Shown here: piece after piece, positions 53,218 through 63,720 of the stretch
How the letters are laid out: the number at the start of each line of letters is the position of its first letter
Position numbering within the stretch: the stretch's first letter is position 1
Source: Bacillota bacterium
GTDB taxonomy: Bacteria > Bacillota > Ch66 > Ch109
Direction of reading: 5' to 3'
Assembly: GCA_050952625.1 (NCBI GenBank)
Contig: JBMNLH010000004.1
Coordinates: 64,001 to 128,000 of the forward strand
Length of the DNA: 64,000 bases
Translations under genes and position numbers: made by a program
The notes under the pieces: model-generated
Seen by the model: only the letters and a program-made list of their open reading frames with translations
Database searches by the model: none
What the model was told of the DNA's origin: nothing

Positions 53218-53333
53218 CAAAGCCACACTCCTCATTAATTGGTGCAAAAACTGCTATTAATTAACAGTCGCATGTTTATTCGCATGTTTAATAATATAGT
53301 ATCTATAAAAATAACAGGAATATTGTCCTGTTA

Positions 53334-53670
53334 TTATATGAGTTTGCCCAACTTTTCTCTTATCTTGTTCATAACTTCAGGCTTAACCGTTCCAAACTTT
53401 TTGATAACAATACTCTGTGAAAGTGTATATATTTTATCCATTCTTACGCAGGACTTAACATGCAGATTTCCTTCTTGCATATCCTTATTTGAAATGAGAA
53501 TATTATAATCCTTTGACGTGATGTTCGAAGTTAACTGCCGCCGCAATAACATCTTCTGTTTTTCTGTTGTAGTCATTATTTGACAAAACAAGTACCGGTC
53601 TTTTCTTACTAGAGGTTAAATCACTAAATGGTATAGGAATCAGCAATATATCCCCTTGATTATACATCAT
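53334..53670 (-). pseudogene. PemK/MazF-family toxin, frameshifted
   Basis: QGDILLIPIPFSD..KKRPVLVLS continues in another frame as TSNIT..RMDKIYTL after one extra base near 53535. Confidence 0.85.
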
Positions 53671-53858
53671 TCCATACCGCATCATCAATGTCGTTATTCC
53701 AAAAACCCATACTGCTTTCACTTACCAGCTCTAAATCTTTAAATACCTGATTATCTTTTTTTGTCTTCAAATAAACTAATAAAATTAATAACTTCCGGAA
53801 TTTGGCTTTCTGGAATTTCATCTATAAGTTTTAATAAAATTTTTTTAGCGGTGTCCAT
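53660..53858 (-). pseudogene. Putative antitoxin (DUF2281-like), frameshifted
   Basis: MDTAKKILLKLIDEIPESQIPEVINFIS continues as YLKTKKDNQVFKDLELVSESSMGFWNNDIDDAVWNDV* after one extra base near 53775; overlaps the toxin start. Confidence 0.7.
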
Positions 53859-53965
53859 ATTAACACTGCCTTCCATGACAAAATATGTAATTAAATAATT
53901 ATATTATATCATATTCAAGACATATATTATACTGGATTAATTATCAGGATAATCCTGCCTTTCCC

Positions 53966-54451
53966 TCACTTATGATAGGGTTCATTCCGCAAAATCTTAA
54001 ATCCGCGGTAAATTTGTTCTAAAAGAATTAACCGCATTAACTGATGAGGAAAAGTCAGCCGCGAAAAAGACAACCGTAAATCTGCCCGCTCCAGTACCTT
54101 TGGGTCAAGCCCCAGGGTGCCACCGATAACCCAATTAATCTCACTTTGCCCCCGCAACATAGTTGCCTGCAGCCAGTGAGCCAGTTCCTCGGAGGAAAAG
54201 CTTTGCCCCTGACGGTCCAGGGCCACGACTACTCCGGTACCAGGTGACCCGAGATACTTTAAAATTCCCTCACCTTCCCTGGCCAAAACTATCTGCTCTT
54301 CGGCTGAGGAAGCCCCTTCCGGAATTCTTTGATCTGGTATTTCGACCAGCTGCACCCGGGTATAAGCCTGCAGACGTTTAACGTATTCGGCTACCCCGTC
54401 TCGCAGGTACTTCTCCTTTAACTTACCGACAGTGATGAGACGAATTAACAT
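53966..54451 (-). CDS. rlmH: 23S rRNA m3-pseudouridine-1915 methyltransferase
   Basis: VGKLKEKY, IGG, TFPHQLMRLILLEQIYR and PYHK. Confidence 0.97.
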   Translation of the reverse strand: MLIRLITVGKLKEKYLRDGVAEYVKRLQAYTRVQLVEIPDQRIPEGASSAEEQIVLAREGEGILKYLGSPGTGVVVALDRQGQSFSSEELAHWLQATMLRGQSEINWVIGGTLGLDPKVLERADLRLSFSRLTFPHQLMRLILLEQIYRGFKILRNEPYHK

Positions 54452-54506
54452 CAGGATATCCTTCCTAAACCAAAGGTTTAGTGTCATTATAACAAAGAGT
54501 AGGATA

Positions 54507-54725
54507 GGGGGACAGGTTTACTGTCCCGGTGAGAAAGTTAATCGGTAGTATGGAGACAGGGGGGACAGGCTAACTGTCCAGGTGATCGTGAAGAAACGAA
54601 GAGTGAAAAAAGAATGGAATAATGGATTTCCATAATCTGCGGCCGAACTATAATTTTGGAAGCAAAAGAACCGTCAGACTGCTTCCTTTAATCGGTGGAA
54701 GCAAAAGGACCGTCCCCTTGCTTCC
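54507..54725. repeat. Cluster of REP-like palindromes (GGGACA and GAACCGTCCCC types)
   Basis: ggggacaggtttactgtccc; ggggacaggctaactgtcc; two ggaagcaaaag.accgtc....gcttcc copies. Confidence 0.8.
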
Positions 54726-55889
54726 TTACCCCTCAAGGCGGCCCAATATGACCGGGATTACCATTTCCTCATAGGCGTCTCGGCCAATCGCTCTTTTCTC
54801 CCGAATCACTTTGACCTGAACGGTATCTCCGACTTGGCGTTGGGAGATAGCGGTCCGAATTTCTTCGGCGGTCCGGATTACCTGATCATCAACGGCAATG
54901 ATAATATCCATATGGCGCAGGCCGGCCTTATCCGCTGGACTAGTCGGATGAACCTCTATCACGACACCATAGTCCACCGGCAGATGGTAATAGGCCGCTG
55001 CTTCTGCCGTGACTTCTCCCTTTAAGGTCACGCCAAGGGCCGGCCGAACGACCTCTTTATGTTGAATCAAGGAGGCAATGACTTGCTTAACCTGATTGCT
55101 GGGGATGGCAAACCCCATTCCTTCAAACCCGGGCATGGCAATCTTGACTGAGTTGATACCAATAACTTCTCCTCGGCTATTAATCAGGGCACCGCCACTG
55201 TTGCCGGGGTTAATCGCCGCATCAGTTTGCAGCAAGGGATAAGCACTACCTTCATCACCGCTGAGTTTTCGGTTGATGCCGCTGATTACGCCGACAGTAA
55301 CGGACCGGGCAAACCGCATGCCCAGAGGATTGCCAATTGCCACGGCTGTTTCTCCAACACTAACCTGATCAGAATCACCAAACGCAGCGGCAATTAAATT
55401 AGGGGCTTGGACCTGGAGAACCGCTAAGTCAGTGTGGGAATCCTTGCCGATAATTTCCGCGGGAATCTCCCGGCCGTCAGCCAGGGTTACCAAAATCCGG
55501 CTTGCCCCCTCGACCACGTGGTTGTTCGTCACAATATACCCATTTTGGGCATCGAAAATCACCCCGGACCCGGTTACCTCATCACCGGTCCGTGATAACA
55601 GCCCGTCAGTCGGAATACTAGTAATTCCGGTTACCGCTGGAGACATTTTCTGGGCAATGGACACCACCGGATTAGCGGCCTGCTTCTCGGCTTGGTTTAC
55701 TAAGTTTGGCGTTATAGAACCAGAGGAATTAAAAAGGTCGATTTGCGGCTTCTTTTGGGATTCCGGCAAGGATTGAAGCAACCAGCCGCCCGCGATAATC
55801 AACCCGGCTGCGACTAAAACTAGCGGTAAAAAACGATGTTTCTTGCCCTCTGGTTGTTTCCCGGGTGATTGATTTTTCTCTTGTTCCAA
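54726..55889 (-). CDS. htrA: HtrA/DegP serine protease with PDZ
   Basis: TNNHV, DLAV and GNSGG triad; N-terminal TM. Confidence 0.93.
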   Translation of the reverse strand: MEQEKNQSPGKQPEGKKHRFLPLVLVAAGLIIAGGWLLQSLPESQKKPQIDLFNSSGSITPNLVNQAEKQAANPVVSIAQKMSPAVTGITSIPTDGLLSRTGDEVTGSGVIFDAQNGYIVTNNHVVEGASRILVTLADGREIPAEIIGKDSHTDLAVLQVQAPNLIAAAFGDSDQVSVGETAVAIGNPLGMRFARSVTVGVISGINRKLSGDEGSAYPLLQTDAAINPGNSGGALINSRGEVIGINSVKIAMPGFEGMGFAIPSNQVKQVIASLIQHKEVVRPALGVTLKGEVTAEAAAYYHLPVDYGVVIEVHPTSPADKAGLRHMDIIIAVDDQVIRTAEEIRTAISQRQVGDTVQVKVIREKRAIGRDAYEEMVIPVILGRLEG

Positions 55890-55979
55890 CCGTTACCACC
55901 TGCCTCACTAAGTTAAGTTAAAATGTTTAGATTATAGAGTTAAGCCAAATGCGCTATTAGTTTGCCCATTTATTGATCA

Positions 55980-56017
55980 GAAAAATAACCCGAGTGACTT
56001 TATTCAATCACTCGGGT
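55980..56017 (-). terminator. Intrinsic terminator after murA
   Basis: ACCCGAGTGA/TCACTCGGGT stem plus T tail. Confidence 0.8.
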
Positions 56018-56063
56018 ACACAGCTCAACCATTGATCACAACAACTTAATGATTGGGGATAGG

Positions 56064-57314
56064 TTAGATCAATTGAAGGTCGGCACCAATTGAGGTGAAT
56101 TTTTCAACCAGGTTTTCATAACCGCGGAAAATATGATGGATCTGGCTGATTTCCGTCTCTCCTTCCGCCGCTAAAGCAGCTAGGACTAGGGCTGCTCCGG
56201 CCCGCAGATCACTGGCCTTGACGCAGGTCCCAAACAGTCGCGGGACCCCCTTAACCACTGCCGTATGGCCTTCAACCTTGATTCTGGCCCCCATCCGTTT
56301 CAGTTCATCCGCTACTTGAAAACGGTTTTCAAAAACGTTTTCCACTATAACACTGGTTCCCTCTGCCAAACTAAGCAAAGACATGAACTGTGACTGCATA
56401 TCCGTTGGAAACCCCGGATAGGGCATGGTTTTTAGGTCAACGGCGATTATGCGTGACGCGCCGATAACTTCGATGCAGTCTCCTTTTTCCCTCACCTTAG
56501 TCCCTGACTCGCGTAGTTTGGCAATAATCGGCTGAACATGAGTCGGGATAACGTTCTCCAAGACTACTTGTCCCCGGGTAATCGCGGCAGCGGTCATAAA
56601 GGTCCCGACTTCAATGCGGTCCGGGATGACCGCGTGCCGGATTCCTTTAAGTTCAGGGACCCCCTCAATTTTAATCACATCAGTGCCAGTCCCCCGAATT
56701 CTCGCCCCCATAGCATTTAAAAAGTTGGCCAAATCGACGACCTCCGGTTCTTTGGCCGCGTTCTCAATAATGGTCTGACCCGGAACAACTGAGGCCGCCA
56801 TCATAATGTTTTCGGTGGCCCCGACACTAGGAAAATCCAGATAGATATCCCGGCCATGCAAAGTACCGGCCCGCGCCTTAATAAATCCGTGCTCCAATCG
56901 GGTCTCAAACCCCAGCAACTGCAGCCCCTTGAGGTGCAGATCCATTGGTCGGGAGCCAATGTTACAACCTCCGGGGAGACTGATATCGGCGACTCCTTTT
57001 CGACCGGCCATCGAACCCAGCAAAAGGTTCGACGCCCGCAGTAATTTAGCTTTTTCATAGGGGGTGCGATGATTAATATTATCTGGAACCCGGATGCTGA
57101 CAGTGTCGTCCGTTAACCAGTTAGCTTCTGCCCCTAGACCGCGCAAGATATCCAACAGAATTTCAACGTCCTGGATATGGGGCACATTTTCAATAATACT
57201 CTCTCCCCGTGCCAAAACACTGGCCGCAATAACTACAAGGGCCGCATTTTTTGCCCCGCTTATCCTGACCTTGCCGGTGAGAGGCCGACCGCCTATCACC
57301 CTGATCTTATTCAA
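56064..57314 (-). CDS. murA: UDP-N-acetylglucosamine 1-carboxyvinyltransferase
   Basis: [25 protein letters not shown] and DLRAGA. Confidence 0.97.
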   Translation of the reverse strand: MNKIRVIGGRPLTGKVRISGAKNAALVVIAASVLARGESIIENVPHIQDVEILLDILRGLGAEANWLTDDTVSIRVPDNINHRTPYEKAKLLRASNLLLGSMAGRKGVADISLPGGCNIGSRPMDLHLKGLQLLGFETRLEHGFIKARAGTLHGRDIYLDFPSVGATENIMMAASVVPGQTIIENAAKEPEVVDLANFLNAMGARIRGTGTDVIKIEGVPELKGIRHAVIPDRIEVGTFMTAAAITRGQVVLENVIPTHVQPIIAKLRESGTKVREKGDCIEVIGASRIIAVDLKTMPYPGFPTDMQSQFMSLLSLAEGTSVIVENVFENRFQVADELKRMGARIKVEGHTAVVKGVPRLFGTCVKASDLRAGAALVLAALAAEGETEISQIHHIFRGYENLVEKFTSIGADLQLI

Positions 57315-57497
57315 CGCGGTTTTCCCCCTTTTATTTATTAAATAGCCTGTACACTTTTATAATTCTATTCATTTGCCGGGGTAATTATATCACCCGGATG
57401 AACCAAAACCAAGGGGACGGTTCTTCCGGCTGGCGATTTCGTTCTTCTTCCGGCTGCGGACAGGTTAAGTACTCTAAATAATAATAACGATAATCAT

Positions 57498-57535
57498 AAC
57501 GCTTGTGTTTTAACTCGGTCTGCTGGCTAAGCTAG
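57498..57535 (+). repeat. Isolated left end of the ~160-bp element
   Basis: aacgcttgtgttttaactcggtc is identical to the array start at ~20076. Confidence 0.75.
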
Positions 57536-57672
57536 CCAGGCAAATGTGATCCAAGTCACAACCGCTTGTCTTAACAAGTTATCTAAGCGAAATTGTCCTA
57601 TATATCACATTTCTTGTCAAGTTCTTGGGATTAACAAAAATAGACATGTCTAAAAGCTGCCACAAACTGTCG

Positions 57673-58659
57673 TTAATTGTTGTGGGCAATGCTCTCCCGC
57701 GCGGCTTGATCGGCGGCCCAGGCTCGAAAATCGGCATCAAATTGCGCCAAATCCGCCCCGGTCGTCTGCTTTAGGGCCTGGTTAATGTGCTCACCCTGAC
57801 TCAAGCACTTAATAATTTGGCTCAGGCATTCCGAGCTATACACTGTATTGATATACTTTACCGCCATAAGCGACTCCCAGTAGGCCAACATCTGATTCGG
57901 CAGATAGTCAAAGCCGGTATCCATCTCTTTTAGCGGATAGAGTTCCTGGTAAACCCACTCCTGCCACTCTTGGCCCCTCGGTTCTGCGATACTCTTGGGT
58001 TCAAAACGCTGTTGACTTGACCGGCAACTTTGTTGATAAAGTTCCGTAAATGGGTTTGAAAAAGCAAAACCGGTTAACTTCTTTTCTTCCCACTGCGCAA
58101 CTCCTTCGGTAAACCAGCGTGGATAATTCCCCCCGGTCAAGTAGTCGATTACATAATGGGTATATTCATGAGATATCGGCCCGGTAGTCCGAAAAATTTC
58201 CGGGTCGATTTTTCCCTCATCTGAAGTTGCCCAGGCACTTGGGGATAGAATCCTGATTGACCCAACCCAATACACGCCTAGAGCTCCTTCATCCGCCGGC
58301 CAACCAAAACTACCGGTCAAAGAATCATTGGTTGGGTAAATTATTATCGGCACTTTTCGATTCGGTTCATATCCCAGGTTTTGATTGATGGGGTCATAGA
58401 TTTCTTCGGCGATTGCCAGGACCAAGGCGGCTGCCTCGGCATCCCTTTCCCCGTATCTCACCCGAAAATGCTCACTCTCCATCAGATGTTGTCCTCGGTG
58501 TTGAAAATCCAAAGCAATTCGGCTTCCTTCGCGAAAAACTGTATAAAAAGCACTTCTAATCGTTCCTGGATTACGAAGCCAGGAAAAAACTAGAACGAGT
58601 ACTCCAGTAAGTACCAGACAGTAATGAATCCAACGATTCCCTCTCCATCTCTCTGTCAT
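57673..58659 (-). CDS. Peptidase MA-family (gluzincin) protein
   Basis: HEYTH and PRWFTEGVA; N-terminal TM. Confidence 0.82.
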   Translation of the reverse strand: MTERWRGNRWIHYCLVLTGVLVLVFSWLRNPGTIRSAFYTVFREGSRIALDFQHRGQHLMESEHFRVRYGERDAEAAALVLAIAEEIYDPINQNLGYEPNRKVPIIIYPTNDSLTGSFGWPADEGALGVYWVGSIRILSPSAWATSDEGKIDPEIFRTTGPISHEYTHYVIDYLTGGNYPRWFTEGVAQWEEKKLTGFAFSNPFTELYQQSCRSSQQRFEPKSIAEPRGQEWQEWVYQELYPLKEMDTGFDYLPNQMLAYWESLMAVKYINTVYSSECLSQIIKCLSQGEHINQALKQTTGADLAQFDADFRAWAADQAARESIAHNN

Positions 58660-58998
58660 GGGTCCCCACCCCCGAGAGGATTATACCAAAGAGATAGGAG
58701 GAAGTGACCTTGAAATTTCCACCAAATATAACACCCCCCCACTTTCAGGAAAGCAGGGGGGTTAACCCTCAAGAGTTTTATCTTAGTTCGGTTCGTAAGG
58801 CCCCTATTTAATGAAGAGGTTGCCTTGAAGTGGATTACCTAGTTAAGCTTCGGATGGAATTCAGTTTCTACCTGATGCTTGATTTACCTTTATGTTCATC
58901 AGCACGAACCCTTTCGCGATCACATTCAGTTTCTACCTGATGCCTGATTTACAGCAGGCTCGATGAGTTCACTTTACAATCACACCCAATTAACTTAA

Positions 58999-60423
58999 TT
59001 AACCCAGATAACGCTTGGGATTAACCGGATTACCATTGACCAGAACTTCAAAGTGAAGATGCGAACCGGTACTGCGTCCCGTACTGCCGACTCGACCTAT
59101 AACCTCACCTTTGCTTACGCGTTGCCCAACTTTAACATTAATGGAGGAGCAATGAGCATAGCGGGTGACAATGCCATTTCCGTGATTAACGGTAATCATC
59201 TTACCATAACCACCCTCCCAACCGGCTCCAGTCACTTTGCCATCATCCGCGGCGCGAATGGCATCGCCGGTGTTGCCATTGATATCCATCCCCGTGTGGA
59301 ATTCGCGGCCGCGGTAGCCATAGGCTGACGTAATCCCCCCGCGCAATGGCCAAGCTAGTTGTCCGCTACCGGCTGAATAAGTTCCGCTATCCGAGCCACG
59401 CGAAGCTACAGCAACTCGAGTTCCTTGCAGGACAATTTCTTTTACTGGCTCCTGAACAATGGTCTCGTTTAAGATGTTTTCTTCTATCGTCAGGTCATTG
59501 TGCCGAACAATCTGGTAGGTAACTTCGCGTTTTCCCGGCACTCCCTTCTGTTCGATGTGCCGGTAACCACGCAGCTTATCGTCAGTCTGCTTTGTTTCTA
59601 CCGGATAATTAATCGACTCAATGGCCGTCTTTTCTAAGGTAACCGCAACTGTAAGCAACGGCTTTGGGCCTACTAGGCGCAACGTCTGACCTACAGACAG
59701 CTTATCAGATTTCAGTTCCGGGTTGGCATCCATAAGATCTTGAACCCTTAGATCATTAGCCCTGGCGATCAGCCAAAGGCAATCACCCTCTTGAACAGTA
59801 TATGTAATTACTTCCTCCTTACCGGAACGAATAAGTAATTCTGCCTCTTCGGGTGTAAGCACTTCTTCTACCGATACTTGCACTGGTTCACAAGTGACTG
59901 TTTCCAAAAAGGAAACTTCTTTAATCTCCACATTTTCTACTGGCGTAGTATATAAATCTTTGTATTGCTCTAAAACTTGGGTGGCCGCTTGTTCATCAGC
60001 CACTACCGCACAGGTCTCTCCGTTAGCTTTGATCGCTATTGCTTTGGCAACATAATTCATTTGAGATAACCGGGCCACTAAGTCTGCCTGATCTAATGTA
60101 TCACCGACCAACAGTTTGCTCTTGAACTGGACTTCCCCACACAATTCCACCGTCTGACCGCCAAGGGCTTCACTCTTAGCTTTGGTGACCTCCGCAAGAG
60201 CTGATTTGAATACATCCTGGTTAGCGACTACGCCAATTACTTCCCCGTTTAGGATTACTTCCTGCGGGCCATTCATGTAAGCCAAGGCAACAGAAGGGAA
60301 TATTATCACCATCGCTAGAACCAAGGCCAGGATCTTGTTGTTAACCCTCATCCTCTCCCTAAAATGGACAAGAGTTGACCACGCCCCTCCCATACATCTA
60401 CTCCTTTCCTTATCGGTCGCCAT
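58999..60423 (-). CDS. LysM-G5-M23 peptidoglycan endopeptidase
   Basis: YTVQEGDCLWLIA, G5 (QKGVPG..QGT), HTGMD and HLHFE; true start may be ~60350. Confidence 0.92.
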   Translation of the reverse strand: MATDKERSRCMGGAWSTLVHFRERMRVNNKILALVLAMVIIFPSVALAYMNGPQEVILNGEVIGVVANQDVFKSALAEVTKAKSEALGGQTVELCGEVQFKSKLLVGDTLDQADLVARLSQMNYVAKAIAIKANGETCAVVADEQAATQVLEQYKDLYTTPVENVEIKEVSFLETVTCEPVQVSVEEVLTPEEAELLIRSGKEEVITYTVQEGDCLWLIARANDLRVQDLMDANPELKSDKLSVGQTLRLVGPKPLLTVAVTLEKTAIESINYPVETKQTDDKLRGYRHIEQKGVPGKREVTYQIVRHNDLTIEENILNETIVQEPVKEIVLQGTRVAVASRGSDSGTYSAGSGQLAWPLRGGITSAYGYRGREFHTGMDINGNTGDAIRAADDGKVTGAGWEGGYGKMITVNHGNGIVTRYAHCSSINVKVGQRVSKGEVIGRVGSTGRSTGSHLHFEVLVNGNPVNPKRYLG

Positions 60424-60529
60424 AATACGCTGTTTTCAACCGACGGGTGATAACCTGATTATAGCATCAAAGTTGTTGGTCGCCAATCCCCTAAAATGGG
60501 ATAACTTGTTCAAATCACCAAGGTATTCT

Positions 60530-62041
60530 TCATCCGTCGGCTGGTTCTCCTTTTTGGATCAAACGTCTAGCCTGATAGTAAATGGCTGCTTCCAGGCGCT
60601 TTTTTTGAATTGAGCAACCCAGGGTATACGGCTGGTAAATCGTGTTATTAAAGGATTCTGCATTAGCGTGGCAGCCACCGCCACAATAAAACCGGGCCCA
60701 GCACCCGGCACAGACTGATTTGCCGTAAATGTGCGCATTTTGAAAATGCGCCATTTTGGCTAAATCTAAATCGTCATTTTTCAACACATTTCCTAACAGA
60801 TAGGCCGGTCGGCCGACAAACTGATGACAGGGGTAAATATCCCCTTCCGGGGTGATGGCTACGTATTCAAAACCCGCACCACACCCTTTAAGCCTCTTAG
60901 GCAGACACGGTCCGTGATCCAGGCTAAGGTCAAAGTGGAAAAAGTTAAAACCACTTCCCTCTCGTTCTCTTGCTTCAATCGCCTTGGCCAGACGATCATA
61001 TTCCGCAAAAATCTGCGGCAGGTCTTCTTCGCGGAGGGCATAATCTGCTGGTTCAGCAATAACAACCGGTTCGACCGACACCCGCTTAAACCCCTGATCC
61101 GCCAGATGTAGGACATCGTTGGCAAAGTCAAGGTTAAAGCGGGTATAGGTCCCTCTGACGTAGTAATCTTGATCTAGCTGCCGGGATTCAGTGAGAGCTT
61201 TGATGGGGGGCAGCACTGCGTCGTAACTCCCGCTGCCATCAGCAAAAACGCGTAGCCGGTCATGGACGGCCGGCCGGCCATCGAGACTCAGAACCACACT
61301 GATCTTTTGCTGATTAAGATATTCCTGAATATCAGCATCTAGGAGAACCGCATTGGTTGTTAACGTAAAATGGATCAGTTTGCCCTTTTCTTGTTCGAGT
61401 TGCCGACCATACTCCACTATTTGCTTGACTACCTCGAAATTGAGCAGGGGTTCCCCACCGAAAAAATCTACTTCGCAGTGTTTGCGGTTGGCAGAATGCG
61501 CCACCAAAAAATCCAGAGCCGCTTTACCTACCGCAAACGGCATTAGTTTACAGCCGCCGCCAAAGTTACCGCTGGAGGCAAAACAGTAACTGCAACGCAA
61601 GTTGCAATCATGGGCCACGTTTAAGCAGAGCGATTTGATGACTGGGTTTTGGCTCGGTTCCCCGGCCGGCACCGTCTTGGATTCAGGATTAACCAACGCC
61701 GGAACCGGGCTTGCTAATTCGGGAGATACGGTTTCCCGCCATTGATCCCGGTTAAATAGGGTTCCCTCTTGGGCCAGCTCCGCCAATTCCAAAACCGCTT
61801 CTTCCAGCTCTTCTCGGGCATATTTACCCTCTCTGGCGCAATCGGTCAGATCCGCCAAGGCCTGCCCCAGATTACCTTGCCGTTTTTCCAACGTCTCCAG
61901 CAGATCCCACGCCACTGGATCAACGGCGTGGATCGAACCGGAAACAACGTCTACGACCAACCGTAATTCGCCCTGCCTGAACCGGTGCTGATCCGCAGAA
62001 AAATTATAATTTCCCAGTTCGGGAAAGGTTTTAAACACCAA
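60530..62041 (-). CDS. scfB: SCIFF ranthipeptide radical SAM/SPASM maturase
   Basis: CLNVAHDCNLRCSYCFA, VDFFGGEP, GCGAG..YPCHQF and CAGCWARFYCGGGCHAN. Confidence 0.95.
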   Translation of the reverse strand: MVFKTFPELGNYNFSADQHRFRQGELRLVVDVVSGSIHAVDPVAWDLLETLEKRQGNLGQALADLTDCAREGKYAREELEEAVLELAELAQEGTLFNRDQWRETVSPELASPVPALVNPESKTVPAGEPSQNPVIKSLCLNVAHDCNLRCSYCFASSGNFGGGCKLMPFAVGKAALDFLVAHSANRKHCEVDFFGGEPLLNFEVVKQIVEYGRQLEQEKGKLIHFTLTTNAVLLDADIQEYLNQQKISVVLSLDGRPAVHDRLRVFADGSGSYDAVLPPIKALTESRQLDQDYYVRGTYTRFNLDFANDVLHLADQGFKRVSVEPVVIAEPADYALREEDLPQIFAEYDRLAKAIEAREREGSGFNFFHFDLSLDHGPCLPKRLKGCGAGFEYVAITPEGDIYPCHQFVGRPAYLLGNVLKNDDLDLAKMAHFQNAHIYGKSVCAGCWARFYCGGGCHANAESFNNTIYQPYTLGCSIQKKRLEAAIYYQARRLIQKGEPADG

Positions 62042-62120
62042 AATCCCTCCGGTTACCTATCATGATAAGATTTAACATAATCGGATTAATTGTAACACTT
62101 TTCGAGCCCATATGGGGCAT

Positions 62121-62148
62121 AAAAAATGACTCCCTTGAGAGTCATTTT
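62121..62148. terminator. Terminator hairpin between scfA and scfB
   Basis: AAAATGACTC/GAGTCATTTT. Confidence 0.75.
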
Positions 62149-62152
62149 ATTC

Positions 62153-62352
62153 CATTGCTATATAATTTATTAACCATTCCTGCCCCAAGGACACACCACT
62201 GTCACAACCACTGTCATAATAGCGGACATAGGTCATCCTGAGCGTTAGCGAAGGATCCTGCTTCTCGGGGCGGGAAGGATTCTTCGCTGCGCTCAGAATT
62301 ATCATGCTTGGCCGCACCACGATAAACGAAAATAATTATATTCATAGCAATG
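62153..62352. mobile_element. 200-bp MITE-like segment with internal palindrome
   Basis: Ends CATTGCTAT.. and ..ATAGCAATG; internal GTCATCCTGAGCGTTAGCGAAGGATC...GATTCTTCGCTGCGCTCAGAAT. Confidence 0.55.
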
Positions 62353-62396
62353 ACACGATATTAAAACTATTTTTACTAGGTCTCAAGTTGCAAAAT

Positions 62397-62543
62397 TTAT
62401 TTCTGACAGACCTGATTACCCACCGTACATGATGTTTTGCAAGCTGATTGACAGGAAGCCTGACACTCACCGCAACCGCCGGTCTTGGTTGATAGATTTA
62501 AGGCTGGTTTGATCAGGGTTTGGACGTGCTTTTTCTGAGTCAA
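62397..62543 (-). CDS. scfA: SCIFF six-cysteine ranthipeptide precursor (48 aa), not in ORF track
   Basis: MTQKKHVQTLIKPALNLSTKTGGCGECQASCQSACKTSCTVGNQVCQK; TTG start with GAAGGGGG RBS. Confidence 0.95.
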   Translation of the reverse strand: MTQKKHVQTLIKPALNLSTKTGGCGECQASCQSACKTSCTVGNQVCQK

Positions 62544-62755
62544 GATTTTTCCCCCTTCCAAAAATTATAGTAATCATTATAGCATATTCCCCATTCGAGT
62601 TAAACCATTCCTATCAGCTTCTGCCCTAAAACAACTATGTGGGACATGTGGGACACTGTTTTGATGATGCTTTCTAGCGGTATAAAAGTGAATCTACCAT
62701 GAAATACAGAAAACCTCTCTGTTAATGTTAATGAGAGAGGTCGCGAGATACGTTT

Positions 62756-62829
62756 TGGAGCGGGAGACGGGAATCGAACCCGCATAGCTGGCTTGGGAAG
62801 CCAGAGCTCTGCCACTGAGCTACTCCCGC
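62756..62829 (-). tRNA. tRNA-Gly(CCC)
   Basis: GCGGGAGTAGCTCAG..CTGGC-TTCCCAA-GCCAG..GGTTCGATTCC..CCA. Confidence 0.95.
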
Positions 62830-62869
62830 ACACGGTTGGTCTTATTTTGTTAGTCTTATAACGAAATTT

Positions 62870-62898
62870 ATAATAACACAGCGATACCTAGGTGTCAA
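62870..62898 (-). promoter_or_regulatory. SigA promoter of tRNA-Gly
   Basis: TTGACA-17-TATTAT. Confidence 0.8.
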
Positions 62899-63024
62899 GC
62901 GGAATCAAATGATAACAAGGGAAAACACGAGGGACCGTCAAAAAAACCAACTTAATCACAGTGAGGGGCTTTTGAAGAGATAAAAAATCTTGTATCTCAA
63001 CGATACAAGTCATTTTTAAATCAA

Positions 63025-63100
<76 letters not shown>

Positions 63101-63190
63101 ATTATCGCCGATATTGTGTTCATCAAGCTCTTCAGCTTCCTAAGTTAGAGTTCCTTCCTTGATTAAGAATTAAGGCTATATTAAATAATA

Positions 63191-63267
63191 TGGCGGAGCT
63201 GACGGGAGTCGAACCCGCGGTCTCCTGCGTGACAGGCAGGCATGTTAGGCCTCTACACCACAGCTCC
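63191..63267 (-). tRNA. tRNA-Asp(GTC)
   Basis: CCTGC-CTGTCAC-GCAGG; CCA end. Confidence 0.96.
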
Positions 63268-63287
63268 GCAATTTTTCATCTATTACC

Positions 63288-63363
63288 TGGTGGGCGATGA
63301 CGGACTCGAACCGCCGACTTCTTGCATGTGAGGCAAGCGCTCTACCGGCTGAGCTAATCGCCC
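63288..63363 (-). tRNA. tRNA-Val(CAC)
   Basis: CTTGC-CTCACAT-GCAAG; CCA end. Confidence 0.93.
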
Positions 63364-63372
63364 GAAGATAAA

Positions 63373-63447
63373 TGGTGACCCCTACGGGATTCGAACCCGT
63401 GTAGCCGGCGTGAAAGGCCGGTGTCTTAACCGCTTGACCAAGGGGCC
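63373..63447 (-). tRNA. tRNA-Glu(TTC)
   Basis: CCGGC-CTTTCAC-GCCGG; CCA end. Confidence 0.96.
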
Positions 63448-63469
63448 ACTTAACCTTCAACGGAATCTT

Positions 63470-63588
63470 ATGTTACACTACTTCAGGGCGATTGTCAACG
63501 GGTCGGGGGATATTATTGTCCAATACTAATTAAATTTAATTGTTCTTCAGTCCGACATAATACTAACAACCGTTCCCGACACTGTCAA
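63470..63588 (-). promoter_or_regulatory. Tandem SigA promoters of the tRNA operon
   Basis: TTGACA-17-TAGTAT (63588-63560) and TTGACA-17-TAACAT (63498-63470). Confidence 0.75.
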
Positions 63589-63720
63589 GGTATTCGAGGA
63601 ACGGTTGTTTAAGTATACTTGATACAACCTAATGTTGGTTATTGCATTTCGCATACAAAGGTTAATTTGGTTAAACAATCTAGAACGCATGTCCTGGAAC
63701 AGCGAGCCGGTCTCGGTAGT

